Assembly: GCA_963698505.1 (NCBI GenBank)
Contig: CAVORC010000030.1
Location: 3,401 to 67,400 of the forward strand
Origin: an uncultured Chloroflexia bacterium
Lineage (GTDB): Bacteria > Chloroflexota > Limnocylindria > Limnocylindrales > CSP1-4
DNA length: 64,000 bases
Reading direction: 5' to 3'
The notes below the pieces were generated by a model. That model worked only from the letters and a program-made list of their open reading frames with translations, was not told the origin of the DNA and searched no databases. This document shows, piece by piece, positions 21,569-31,963 of the stretch. The position numbers and the translations under genes were made by a program. Numbering within the stretch: position 1 is the stretch's first letter; every line of letters begins with the position of its first letter.

Positions 21569-22122
21569 CGCACCCGCTCCGGGGTACTCGAGCGGGGCAC
21601 CCTGGCATCGGCCTCGAGCGCTGCCCGCAGGGCGGTCATGGCGCGGTTCAGGCGGGAATGGGCCGTGCCCTCGGGGATACCCAGCACGTCGGCCACCTCG
21701 TAGAGCGCCAGGCCGGCGTAGTGGTGCAGCACCACCACCGCGCGTTGCTCGAGCGGCAGCCGCTGGAAGCCTCGCTCGAGCTGGTCGCGGTAGACGACCC
21801 CGGTGAACTCAGTGGCGGCGTGCGTGTCTTCGTCATGGTCACACTCGAGGCCCAGCACCCAGTGTCGGCACTTGCGCGCCTCGGCATAACAGGCGTTGAC
21901 CACGATGCGGTAGGACCAGGCGTCGAAGCGACCGGCCTCGCGCAGCTGCGGCAGCTTGCGCCAGATGTCCACGATCGCCTGCTGGGCAGCATCCTCGGCC
22001 CGGTCCACGTCACCCAGGATGTTCTGGGCCACGCGGTGCAGGCGGCCATAGCTGTTCGTCGCCAGAAGGGCGAATGCCTCCCGGTCGCCACCTTGCGCAC
22101 GGACCACGAGCTCGGAATCCAT
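21565..22122 (-). CDS. ECF RNA polymerase sigma factor
   Basis: AQGGDREAF, AEDAAQQA, WSYRIVVN, LPLEQRAVVVLHHY, GTAHSRL. Confidence 0.92.
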   Translation of the reverse strand: MDSELVVRAQGGDREAFALLATNSYGRLHRVAQNILGDVDRAEDAAQQAIVDIWRKLPQLREAGRFDAWSYRIVVNACYAEARKCRHWVLGLECDHDEDTHAATEFTGVVYRDQLERGFQRLPLEQRAVVVLHHYAGLALYEVADVLGIPEGTAHSRLNRAMTALRAALEADARVPRSSTPERVR

Positions 22123-22193
22123 CTCCCCGGTCTCCGACTGGCTCTGCCAGCGGGTGCCTCCCAGACGACACCCCCACAATCAGATGAGTCGGT

Positions 22194-23617
22194 TCAGGTG
22201 CCCTGCTTGTCCGTATCCGTTCTCATTGTCCCCCCGCTGGCTAGTGCCACCGCCGCGGTGAGCCTGGCGAACTCGCCGCCGGCATCGACGTAGCGGTCGG
22301 CCACGAAGGCCAGCTCCACGCGGTCACCGACGATGCGCGCCCAGGCGCGGCGTCGGGGGAAGTAGAAGGTGAGCACCAGGCCGGCGATGAGCAGGCCGAA
22401 GGCCACCCAGATGACGCGCTGGCCAGGGTCCTGCTTGATGACCATGCCCGTCCAGCTGCCGACGCCGCCCCAGGTGATGGCGTGGCCGGCCGTGACCTCG
22501 GGATCGGTGGTCACGCCCAGCGGGATGGTGGCGAGGAACAGCGTCTCGTTGACAGCGGTCTCCGCATCGGCCGGGCCGACGCCCTGCATCACCAGCTGCG
22601 GCGCGCCATCGCCGCCCTCGCTCAGGACCGCCACCAGGCCCGCGTCCGCCCCGGGGATGGTCATGAAGCCCTGCGGCCGGCCCAGCAGCTCGTCGTCGAG
22701 CAGCAGCGGCCCGTCCCACACCAGCGCGCCGGTTGCATCGCGGATGACCAGGTCGGCGGCAGGGCCGAAGGTGTTCTGGTGGAAGACGAAGCCCTCGAAG
22801 GTGAGCGGGTCGTTCACTCGGATGGTCTTGCGCGCCACCTGCTGGCCGTCGCGGTAGACCGACAGGTCGGTGCTGAAGTCGGCGAAGGAGCCGTCCGCTC
22901 GGCGCGGGGCGAAGAAGGCGTTGTTCTTGACCAGCAGGTTGCCCGGCGTGCCGACGGCCTGCACGGGCGCGGTGCCACCTTCGCCCACGAAGACGACCGT
23001 CTCGAAGCCGGCGGCGACGGTGACCGCGCCCCCGGCGAGGAACAGCACCAGGCCCGCGTGTGTCAGCAGCGTGGCCAGCTTCTGGTACTGGTTGCGGTCG
23101 CCGTAGACGTAGGTGGCGCCGTCGGCCTCCACCACCCGCCGGCGGCGGAAGTGACGCGTGCCGAAGGCGCCTGCACCGCCTCCACCACGCCATCGCCGGC
23201 TCCCTCGAGGATCGCGCGATGGTCGCGTTGAGGGTCGAAGAAGGCGGCCGGCTGCTCCACGCGGGTGCCGCCGACGCTGCGCCACAGCCGCGGCGTCCGG
23301 TCCAGCGTGCAGCAGATGATGCTGAGCACGAGCACCGTCATGAGCAGCAGGAACCAGGGCGTGGAGAAGACGCTGAAGAAGCCGACCGCGTCGAAGGCAT
23401 CGACCAGCAGCGAGCCGGCCGGGAGATCGGACCAGGCCGCACGCACGGTAGCCAGCTCGACGGCATAGCGTGCAGGGTCGTCGGCAGCGGTGACGGGGAA
23501 CTGCCTCACCAGCATGCCGATGAGCCCGGCCATGGCGAGCAGCGCGATGAGCACGACCGCGAAGCGGACGTCGGTCAAGACGCGCCAGGCGGCCGCCCCC
23601 ATCCGAGCCAGCACCAT
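22194..23617 (-). CDS. resB: Cytochrome c biogenesis protein ResB/CcsB (frameshift near 23155)
   Basis: FSTPWF...CCTLDR in one frame; TLLTHAG, IRVNDPL, KQDPG...FYFPRRRAW in the other. Confidence 0.8.
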
Positions 23618-23622
23618 CGGCG

Positions 23623-24835
23623 TCAGGCGCTCCCGCCAGCCCCCGTGGCAGCGGAAAGCGCGATATCCACGTCGGCGACAAGATCGTCGGCGTCCTCCAG
23701 ACCCACCGAGATGCGCACCAGGCCCGGCGGGATCCCGGCTTCGCGCAGCTGCGATCCGTCGAGCTGGCGGTGCGTGGCTGTCGGCGGGTGGACCGCGTAG
23801 GTGACGACACTGCCCAGCGTGGCCGTGACCGGCGGGATGGAGAGCGCGTCGATGAAGGCCGCCGCCGCCTCGCGGGACCCGAGATCCAGGGCCAGCATGC
23901 CACCGCCGTTGTGCAATTGGCGAGCGATCACGTCCGCCTGCGGATGGCTGGCCAGTCCGGGGTAGGCGACGCGCTGGACGCCGGGCGCCGCATCGAGATG
24001 CGTTGCCAGCAGCAGGGCCGTCTCGGCGTGGCGATCCATGCGCACGTGCAGCGTCTGCATGCCGCGCAGCACGAGGAAGGCGGAGAAGGGCGCCACGATG
24101 CCGCCGGTGTCGATGGCCACGTCACGGATGGCGCGGATGCGCTCAGCGGAGCCCGCCACCACGCCGGCGATGACATCCGAGTGCCCGCCCAGCCACTTGG
24201 TGGCCGACTCGACCACGAGGTCCACGCCCAGCTCGAGCGGCCGGCAGAGGTAGGGCGAGGCGAACGTGTTGTCGACCACCACGATCGCGCCGTGCCGCTG
24301 CCCCTGTGCGGCCAGGCGCGCCAGGTCCGCGACCACGATGGTGGGATTGGAGATCGTCTCGGCGTAGAGGACCCGTGTGGGCGCGGTCGCCAGCGCCGCC
24401 TCGACGGCATCGAGGTCGATGGGATCGACGAACACGACCTCGACGCCGAGACGCGCGAGGACGCGCTCCAGGAGCGCGCGGGTGCTGCCGTACACGGCGC
24501 GAGTGCAGACGATGCGGTCGCCGGCGGCGAGCAGTGAGACGAGCGTGGCATGCACCGCGCCCATGCCCGAGCCGAAGGCGAAGCCGGCCTCCGCGCCGTG
24601 CAGCTCGGCGAAGGCAGCGGCCATGGCGTCGGCGGTGGGGTTCTCGATGCGCGCGTAGGTGTAGCCCGGCTTCTCGAAGCCGATGAGCTGCGGCGTAGTC
24701 GTCGACGTCGTTGGCGTGGAAGGTGGCCGACTGGTAGATGGGGACAGCCGCCGGCCCCTGCTCCACGCGTGGCGCGCGCGTGGCGGCCTTGATGGCACGG
24801 GTGCCGAAGCCGCGGCGACGCTGGTCAGGGGACAT
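23623..24835 (-). CDS. PLP-dependent trans-sulfuration enzyme (cystathionine gamma-synthase/methionine gamma-lyase family; frameshift near 24690)
   Basis: PIYQSATF; YARIENPT, SGMGAV, VDNTFASP, ESATKWLGGHSD, RISVGLED. Confidence 0.88.
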
Positions 24836-24853
24836 GGCGAGACTGTACACGGC

Positions 24854-24932
24854 GTCGGCGTGGGGCCCCGTCGGGCGGTCGGCGTGGGGCCCCGTCGGGC
24901 TGTCGGCGTGGGGCCCCGTCGGGCTGTCGGCG
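24854..24932. repeat. 24-bp tandem repeat x3.3
   Basis: gtcggcgtggggccccgtcgggc(g/t) at 24854, 24878, 24902. Confidence 0.9.
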
Positions 24933-24955
24933 CTACCGGCCGGGGCGTCGGCGCG

Positions 24956-26860
24956 CTACCGGCCGGGGCGTGGCGGCTGGTCGTCGGGTTCGATGGGCAA
25001 GGCGATCCAGGGACGCTCGCCGCTGCGGCGGATCTCGTCACTGCGGCTGCCGGACCCGTGCCGCCGCGCAGGTCGGACCCGTGCCACCGCGCAGGTCGGC
25101 CGCCGGTCGCTGTGGCGGCGCGTCGTCAGCGGGGCCGACCTCCGGCCGTGGCTGCGGCCGCGGCTGTGGCTGAGTGCTCGTCAGCCAGGGCTGGTCGGCC
25201 GCATCGTCGCTGCCGGCCGCAAGCACGTCAGGCGCCTCGATGGCCGTGCGCATGCGCGTCGGAGGCTCGGGCGGTCGGTCGGACGGGCGCGGATCGACCG
25301 GCCGTGTGTCGGGGCGCGAGCCGGGCTGCGTCGGCGGCGAGACCTCCGGCGACCAGGGGGCAGACGGCGACTCGTCGGGCTCGACCGGGATGGTGGTGCG
25401 GTCCGACCGGCGACGCCCCGGCGGCTGCAGCGGTGCCTCGTTGATCGGGTGGCTGCCGGGCTCACCGTACGAGACCCGGGCGCCGCCGCCTCCGGCAGCG
25501 CGATCGGGAGGGCCCTCGCCCCACGGCGCGGGGTCGCCACCGGTGCGCACGTCCTCCGCGGGGTCCAGCTGCACCAGCTCGCGCGTGTCGACGTCGATGT
25601 CGGTGGCCACCCGCTCGGTGCGCGTCTGGTAGCCCACGATGCGGTTCTTGCCGCGACGCTTGGCCTCGTACATGGCCACGTCCGCGGCGGAGACCAGCTG
25701 CTCGATGGTGCGGCCGTCGTCCGGATAGGTCACCAGCCCCACCGAGACCGACGAACGGACGTTGCGGTCCGCAGCGCGCAGTGTCACGGCGGCGATGTCG
25801 CGTCGCAGCTTCTCGGCCACCACGTAGCCGCCGCGCCGCGTCGGTCTCGGGCAGCAGGATGACGAACTCGTCACCGCCGTAGCGGGCCGCAGCGTCGGTG
25901 AAGCGGATGGTCTGGCGGATGGTGTCCGCGACGGCCCTGAGCAGTCGGTCGCCCCACTGGTGGCCGAAGGTGTCGTTGACCGGCTTGAGGTCGTCAAGGT
26001 CCAGCATCAGCATGGTGAAGCCGCGACCCATGCGGTCGGAGCGGCGGATCTCCTGCTCCATGGTGGTGAAGAAGAAGGCCCGGTTGTAGAGGCCCGTCAG
26101 GCCGTCGAAGCGGGACGCTCGCAGGGCCTCGTCGCGGGCGTGCCGCTGGGCCCGCGAGCGGCGGCGGTGGCGATGTCCGCCAGCAGCACCAGCGCCGACG
26201 GCGTTGAAGCCGACCCAGGCCAGCGCCTGGGCATCGAGGGGGCGACGACGATGGCGTCGAGGATCCCGACCAGCGCGATGGTGAAGGTGCCGACGAGCGC
26301 GATGGCCAACGGCGCGCGACCCTCGGTCGAGAGCGCCGTGCCGGCCACGACCAGGAAGTAGCCCACGAAGAAGGGGCTGCCGGCGCCGCCCGTGAGCGCC
26401 GTGAGCAGGCCCAGGAAGACGACCGCGCCGATGCCTTCGACCGGCCGGCGCCAGCGTCCCAGGGCGGCCGGCGGGACCAGGTCCATGAAGAGGACCACCA
26501 GCAGGGTGCCTGCCGCGAGCAGCGTGAAGATGGCCGGCTCGGTGTCCGCCCAGGCGTCGCGTGAGCGCCACCACCACGGCCACGGCGGCGAGATAGAGGA
26601 AGGCCACGACGCGCGCCACCTGGCGGGTGCTGGTGGGCGTGATGAGCGCGGAGAGGGCCACGGCCAGCAGGATGCCGGCCGTGTCGCGCTCGGCGGCGCC
26701 GGCGTCGTTGTCACGCGGCAGCCCGCGTGCGCCGGGTCGGCCGATCGCTTGCGCGGCGCTCGCCTGCGGTCGCGAACGCCGTCGCATAGGCCACGGTCAC
26801 CGCCACGGCGGCGATGACGATGAGCCCGACGGCGAGCAGGACGATCTGGTCTACGGACAC
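24956..26860 (-). CDS. Membrane-bound GGDEF diguanylate cyclase (several frameshifts; ends approximate)
   Basis: TM segments; DGLTGLYNR, DLDDLKPVNDTFGH, RFTD I-site, RYGGDEF, ADVAMYEAK spread over different frames. Confidence 0.75.
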
Positions 26861-27029
26861 GCGCTACCCCATGACCCGCGCTGGCAGGTGCGTCCGTGGT
26901 GAGGCAGGCAGGCTCACCACAAGTACTCCCTTCACGCTGGCCGAATGGTACTGCCCTGCCGTCTACTCCGCCGCCTCCTGCGGTGACTGCTAGTGTGGAC
27001 GGCAGGCAACGTCACCCGACGAGGTAGCC

Positions 27030-27317
27030 ATGAGCGAGCACGCCCGTTCCGAGCAGGCCTGCCCGGTCTGTGGACGCCACACCCTGGCCCTCGACGGGCC
27101 GCCGCAGATCGATGTCATGGGCGTCCAGGCCTACACGGACATCGTGGGCATGGGCGATGACCTCAACCAGGGGGCGGTCGGGATCGTCTGTCTCAACTGC
27201 GACACGCACTGGCGTGACAAGGACGCGTTCGACCGCGGCGAGGCCGATCCCGACGAGGGCTTCGACGAGCCCGATGCGGTCGACTTCGGTGACGGCGAGG
27301 ATGACGGGGGCGAGTGA
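27030..27317 (+). CDS. Small CxxC...CxxC zinc-ribbon protein with acidic tail
   Basis: GAGG RBS; CPVC and CLNC; GTGA overlap with the next gene. Confidence 0.65.
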   Translation: MSEHARSEQACPVCGRHTLALDGPPQIDVMGVQAYTDIVGMGDDLNQGAVGIVCLNCDTHWRDKDAFDRGEADPDEGFDEPDAVDFGDGEDDGGE

Positions 27318-28075
27318 GCCAGGCGCGCTTCCTGACCGACGAAGGGGAGCCGCGCGCGTTCGTCATCGTGTCGAGCGCTCGCTCAGGCTCGAACTTGCTC
27401 GTGACCTACCTGCGCCAGGTCTCGCGGGCGGCGTGCTTCGGGGAGATCCTCCTGGAGCGCTTTCCTGAACGAGCCGGCTGGGACAAGCTCGTCCGGCGAC
27501 TGGACCTGCCCGTGGACGCCCGCCGCCTGGCAGCGGAGGACGCCACCGCCTACTGGGAGCTCTTCCTGGCTCAGGGGCTGCGACGACGGCGCTGGGTCGG
27601 CGCCAAGGCGTTCTACTACCACCGTCGCGGGGACCCGGTGTGGCAGCGGTTCGCTGCCGAGGATCACCGGGTCATCCACCTCTGGCGCGACGCCACCTTC
27701 GACCAGTACGTCTCGCGAGCCCTGGCGCGTGTGAGCGGCGAGTGGAAGGCTGGCGAGGGCGGTGGGGACGAGGATTCCCGCGTCGAATTCGATCGCGCGG
27801 ACTACCTGGGGTACCGGGAGGCGCTGCGTCGCGATATCGAGGCCGCCCGTGCGCGCTACGGCGGGACCGATCGCTACGTCGAGCTGGAGTACCGGCAGCT
27901 GACGGACCTCGCCTTCGTGGCGGCTCTGCTCGAGCGGCTCTTCGGCGAGCAGGTCGACGTGCGGGAGGGATTGAAGCGCCAGCGCGGCCGGCCCAAGATG
28001 GAGTACCTCACCAACCCCGACGACGCAGAGCCCTTCGTGGGTGATTCGATCAGGCACGGCTTCGCCGCCGGCTGA
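27314..28075 (+). CDS. Stf0-like sulfotransferase
   Basis: PAPS-binding loop SSARSGSNLL; VIHLWR...QYVS. Confidence 0.7.
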   Translation: MSQARFLTDEGEPRAFVIVSSARSGSNLLVTYLRQVSRAACFGEILLERFPERAGWDKLVRRLDLPVDARRLAAEDATAYWELFLAQGLRRRRWVGAKAFYYHRRGDPVWQRFAAEDHRVIHLWRDATFDQYVSRALARVSGEWKAGEGGGDEDSRVEFDRADYLGYREALRRDIEAARARYGGTDRYVELEYRQLTDLAFVAALLERLFGEQVDVREGLKRQRGRPKMEYLTNPDDAEPFVGDSIRHGFAAG

Positions 28076-28100
28076 CACGGCGCAAGGCGGCGCGGGACTC

Positions 28101-28454
28101 TCAGCGTGCGCGCTGGTCCCAGATGAACATCAGGGCAAGGCTGATCACCACGGCCGCGCCGAACATGATGCCCACGATGGGGCTGACGACGACGATGAGA
28201 GCCAACGCGCCGAGCACCCAGATGACGAGTTCGACCACGAGGCGAGCGGGATCGGGAAGTCGTCGCGTCGCCTTGGGTGCCACGAACAGGCCCCAGACCC
28301 CCATCACCAGGGTGGGTGAACCCAGGCCGGCAACGAGCTGCAGTGGCAGCGAATCCGAGGACTGCAGCCCCCATAGGAGCAGGGCCACCAGCACCAGCAG
28401 CTCGAGGATGAAGCGGAACGCCAGGTTGAGGCTCTGCATCGTGCGCTCGCTCAT
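28101..28454 (-). CDS. YrdB (DUF2568) family membrane protein
   Basis: NLAFRFILEL, WGLFVAPKA. Confidence 0.85.
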   Translation of the reverse strand: MSERTMQSLNLAFRFILELLVLVALLLWGLQSSDSLPLQLVAGLGSPTLVMGVWGLFVAPKATRRLPDPARLVVELVIWVLGALALIVVVSPIVGIMFGAAVVISLALMFIWDQRAR

Positions 28455-28948
28455 CCGCCCTCCCCTTCCCTTGCCGCACCGTGCCGTGCGGCTTCCTCGC
28501 GTGTCTCCATGGCGCGAGCCTCAGCTTCGAGCTTGAGGAGCTGGACCAGCGCGTCGAGCTCTCCCTGCAGGCGCTGGCGGAGCCGCGCATCGAAGAGCCG
28601 GGCGCTGAGGCCGGACATCGTGGCGTCTGCGACGACACGGACGCCTTCAGGGGCAGGATCGATCTGCCATGCATGACGCTGCCGCATCGTCAGCAGTCGG
28701 CCAGTGAAGGCGAATACCGTCGGAGCGTCCACCCGGGAGATCCGGCATGACATCGATCCGAACGGCGTGGAGTAGCGGAAGCGCGCACCAGCGTCCAGCT
28801 GGCCATCGAACACGGCCTGGCGCACGGCGGGGTTCCAGGTCGGCCAGGAGGCGACATCGGCGATGACCGACCAGACCTCGCGCGCTGATGCCGCGATGTC
28901 GACCTCGGCGTGTGCGCTGACGGGGGCCGAGGGAAGGCTGTACTCCAC
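28451..28948 (-). CDS. SRPBCC/polyketide cyclase family protein
   Basis: VDIAASAREVWSVIADVASWPTWNP. Confidence 0.8.
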   Translation of the reverse strand: MEYSLPSAPVSAHAEVDIAASAREVWSVIADVASWPTWNPAVRQAVFDGQLDAGARFRYSTPFGSMSCRISRVDAPTVFAFTGRLLTMRQRHAWQIDPAPEGVRVVADATMSGLSARLFDARLRQRLQGELDALVQLLKLEAEARAMETREEAARHGAAREGEGG

Positions 28949-29012
28949 GCAGCGATGCTACCGCGGTGCGACCAGCCCGCCGGGGCGCGTGACAGGTTCG
29001 CAGGGGCGACGG

Positions 29013-29342
29013 CTAGCGCTGGCTACGGTAGATGGACTGGCCGTACTGCACACCTGCCTGGCGGTTCTGGATGACGCCGCTCCACTTCCACAGGTCGAGG
29101 AAGATGCCCAGGATGATCCACAGCCAGCCGAAGCCTTCGACGGTGTAGCCGGTCGCCGTGACCTGGCCCGCGAGCATGAACATGATCGTGGTGTAGGGCG
29201 CCACGATGATGCCGAGCAGGGGCGCCAGGAACGCGTCGCCCCAGACGAGCGCCCAGCGCTCGCTGAAGATCCATGCCAGGACGAGGATGATGCGAGGTGC
29301 CACGGTCGCGGCAGCGACGAGGACACAGCCGAGCAGGATCAC
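29013..29342 (-). CDS. Small membrane protein
   Basis: GAGG RBS; hydrophobic, APRI...LGIIVAPYTT...GIFLD pattern. Confidence 0.7.
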   Translation of the reverse strand: MILLGCVLVAAATVAPRIILVLAWIFSERWALVWGDAFLAPLLGIIVAPYTTIMFMLAGQVTATGYTVEGFGWLWIILGIFLDLWKWSGVIQNRQAGVQYGQSIYRSQR

Positions 29343-29418
29343 GGGACCACCTCTTCTACTTGTCGCCGCATCCTACGCTCCAGGGCCTGGGCGCGGACGG
29401 TCGACCGGCAAGGAGGGG

Positions 29419-29493
29419 TGGTCGGGGTGGCGGGGATCGAACCCGCGACCTCATGCTCCCAAAGCATGTGCGCTACCGCTGCGCTACACCCCG
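29419..29493 (-). tRNA. tRNA-Pro(TGG)
   Basis: CGGGGTGTAGCGCAGCGGTAGCGCACATGCTTTGGGAGCATGAGGTCGCGGGTTCGATCCCCGCCACCCCGACCA: cloverleaf, TTCGA T-loop, encoded CCA. Confidence 0.97.
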
Positions 29494-29605
29494 ACGTGGT
29501 TCGTGCGTGACTAGGGTACACAGCGAGGCTGGATGGCGATGCACCGAGGCCTACAGCGCTCGAATCGCAGGATAACCCCACGACACTGCCTTGCTCTACT
29601 TGCCT

Positions 29606-29634
29606 GCAACAGATAGGCGCGTGGGAGCCTCTCT
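29606..29634 (+). promoter_or_regulatory. Putative ECF-dependent promoter GCAAC-N18-CTCTCT
   Basis: Same motif at 30368, 54505 and 55246, always upstream of ECF-module genes. Confidence 0.6.
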
Positions 29635-29775
29635 ACGGTAGAGGGGTCGCATGCTCGCCGAGCTTGACCACGGCGAGGACAGGGTGTCGCAGGGCAGTCG
29701 ACCGTGCTGGCCGCCAGAGACTGCGCCGACTCGCCGACCGAACCGACCCCCCAGGGCGGCCGAAGGGGGAACGAC

Positions 29776-30270
29776 ATGTTCAGCACGATGCGCAGTGCCG
29801 CGGTCCTGGCCATCGGAGGGCTCCTGGCAACGGCGATGATCGGCGCGGCAGCCGAGCCCACCGAAGTCACTGGTGAATCGAACTGCGTGGAGGTAGGTGG
29901 GGCGGTCTGGAGTGGTGAGCCGATCTCGGGGCTGCCCGGGTCTCGTGAGACGAACTACATCCAGGAATGCAGCACCACGAGCTCAGACGAGCGGTTCTCA
30001 GGAGACACATACAACGTGGTGACCTGCGACTTCAGCGTCGACGGCGAGGCCACGGTCGGTACGTGCTGGGGCACCGTGACCATCCACAACGAGCGCGGGG
30101 CCTGGGGCGGCAGCTTCTCCGGCACGACCAGCTGGAGCGACGCCGCGCCGGCGCATCTCCACGTGATCGATCTGGACTACCTGGGAGCTGGCGACTACGA
30201 AGGACTCCGCTTCAAGGGAGTCATCACCGGCACCGACTTCCCGTGGACCATCACCGGGACGATCGAGTAG
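29776..30270 (+). CDS. Secreted beta-rich protein of unknown function (paralog of 54666..55157)
   Basis: AAGGGGG RBS, signal peptide, SDERFSG, GAWGG, YLGAGDYEGLRF. Confidence 0.8.
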   Translation: MFSTMRSAAVLAIGGLLATAMIGAAAEPTEVTGESNCVEVGGAVWSGEPISGLPGSRETNYIQECSTTSSDERFSGDTYNVVTCDFSVDGEATVGTCWGTVTIHNERGAWGGSFSGTTSWSDAAPAHLHVIDLDYLGAGDYEGLRFKGVITGTDFPWTITGTIE

Positions 30271-30367
30271 GGGCGACCCCATCGACCTAGCCAAGGGACC
30301 AATGCAACTTGCCGTGTGCTCCGCACCAGCCCAACCTGTGGCAGATCGACGGAGCACTCGGCGAGGC

Positions 30368-30397
30368 GCAACAGCGACATGGGTTCGGAGCCTCTCT
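30368..30397 (+). promoter_or_regulatory. Putative autoregulatory ECF promoter, leaderless transcript
   Basis: gcaacag...ggagcctctctctggtATG; same layout at 55246. Confidence 0.6.
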
Positions 30398-30402
30398 CTG
30401 GT

Positions 30403-30942
30403 ATGACGGCGTTCGCAGCGGCTGACTCGATGGCAGCGGTGCTGCAACAGGCTGTCGCCGGAGATGAGGTCGCCTTCGCCCGTATCGTGTTCGCCTATCA
30501 CGGGGACATGCTGCGTGTGGCTTATGGCATCTGCGGCGAGCAGGGCCCGGCGCAGGACGCGGTCCAGGCCGCCTGGCTCATCGCCTGGCGCAAGCTGCGC
30601 ACGGTGCGCCAGCCCGACCGTCTGCGGTCATGGCTCGTGGCGGTCGCCGCCAATGAGGCTCGCCACATCGTCCGGCGTCGTGGTCGGCGGCGGCTCGTCG
30701 AGCTGGCCCTGGACCCGCCCGATACCGGCTCGCCCGACCCGGCGGACGAGATCCGGCGCGTCGATCTCGTCAACGCTCTGCAGCGCCTCAAGCCCGAGGA
30801 GCGTTCGCTGATCGCCTTGCGCTACGGCGCCGACCTCCACTCGGACGAGATCGGCCCCTTGCTGGGTCTCACGGCATCGGGCGTCCGGGCACGCCTCGCG
30901 AGGCTCATGACCAGGCTGCGAAAGGAGCTCGGCGATGCCTGA
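30403..30942 (+). CDS. ECF RNA polymerase sigma factor
   Basis: AGDEVAF, AQDAVQAAW, WLVAVAANEAR, LKPEERSLIALRY. Confidence 0.92.
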   Translation: MTAFAAADSMAAVLQQAVAGDEVAFARIVFAYHGDMLRVAYGICGEQGPAQDAVQAAWLIAWRKLRTVRQPDRLRSWLVAVAANEARHIVRRRGRRRLVELALDPPDTGSPDPADEIRRVDLVNALQRLKPEERSLIALRYGADLHSDEIGPLLGLTASGVRARLARLMTRLRKELGDA

Positions 30943-31660
30943 GCGCGAATCCTTCGAGACACGGTTCGCACGCGCCTACCGGCGGTACCTCGACGAGGTC
31001 CCGACCGACGTCGATGCCCTCGCGGTGGCGCGGACCGCGGCGAGCCAGCGTCACTTCGGCCTCGGTGCCCGGCGGTGGGTGCCAGTCCTCGGTGCGGGTG
31101 TCGTCGCGGTGCTCCTGGGCAGTGCCTTGCTGGCAGGCGTGCTCTCGACACCACCCAGGGACGAGCTGATGCCCGGGGCATTGACCAGCTCACCGTCGCC
31201 CGAAGCAGTGTCGGCGACCGAGCCCGCGCTGGGCTCGATCACGCTGGAGGTCACCGACCTCGTCGGCATGGAGGGCCTGGACCTCGTCGGGCATGTCACG
31301 CACTGGGTCCTGGAGACCGATGAGCCACAATCGCTCCCCGACTGGGACATCATCCACCGCCCCGTGGACGCCTCTCCGTTCTCGGCATCCGGTCAGGTCG
31401 AGGTACTGGCGGGGCCACATGGGCTGGTGGTATTCGCTGGAGAGCCGACCTGCGACTTCGGCTACGACCCCCTTTGCGGGTGGCCGGTGACGGGGGACGA
31501 GGTGTCGAAGGACCCTGACCACGGTTGCGAGCTGACCTTCGACCTCCAACCCGGCGAGCACATCAGGATCAGGCTGAGCGGCTTGCCACCGTGGGCGTGG
31601 GCGGCGGGAGCCCTCCCTCCGTGCCAAGTAGAAAGCTGGACCCGCGCGCGGGAACCTTGA
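30935..31660 (+). CDS. Putative anti-sigma factor (N-terminal domain, TM, extracytoplasmic domain)
   Basis: Overlaps sigma gene; FETRFARAYRRYLDEVP N-terminus shared with 55813..56481; single TM. Confidence 0.7.
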   Translation: MPERESFETRFARAYRRYLDEVPTDVDALAVARTAASQRHFGLGARRWVPVLGAGVVAVLLGSALLAGVLSTPPRDELMPGALTSSPSPEAVSATEPALGSITLEVTDLVGMEGLDLVGHVTHWVLETDEPQSLPDWDIIHRPVDASPFSASGQVEVLAGPHGLVVFAGEPTCDFGYDPLCGWPVTGDEVSKDPDHGCELTFDLQPGEHIRIRLSGLPPWAWAAGALPPCQVESWTRAREP

Positions 31661-31718
31661 GGCCGGCCGACCAAGGCCGACCAGTCCGTAGATCGCGTTC
31701 GAGGGTATCAAGCTGCAC

Positions 31719-31925
31719 CCACGCTCGCGAATCACACAATAGTCGACGCCTTCGCCGCTCAGCCCGTCACGCTCACGGGCTCCGAGCCTTCGACGCTCGA
31801 GCCTGAAAGGCTCCCAAAGCATGTGCGCTACCTCTGCGCTACACCCCGACGGTGTTCGTGCGTGGATAGGGTACAAGGCGGACCCTGCGAGTGGAGTCGA
31901 AGGGCCTACGGCGCTTCTAGCGCTC
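31719..31925. repeat. att-like unit: arm + tRNA-Pro 5' half (31810-31848) + leader
   Basis: 39-nt match to 29455-29493 with 1 mismatch; flanks homologous to the units at 32720 and 39393. Confidence 0.9.
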
Positions 31926-31963
31926 GGCCCCGGTGCTACTGAGCGCCCAGTCGTCATCGAAGA

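Larger units (their letters stand above)
29455..31809. mobile_element. Putative tRNA-Pro-integrated cassette 1 (2355 bp; secreted protein + ECF + anti-sigma), no integrase
   Basis: Bounded by direct repeats of the tRNA 5' half starting at 29455 and 31810; conserved arms at both ends. Confidence 0.6.
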
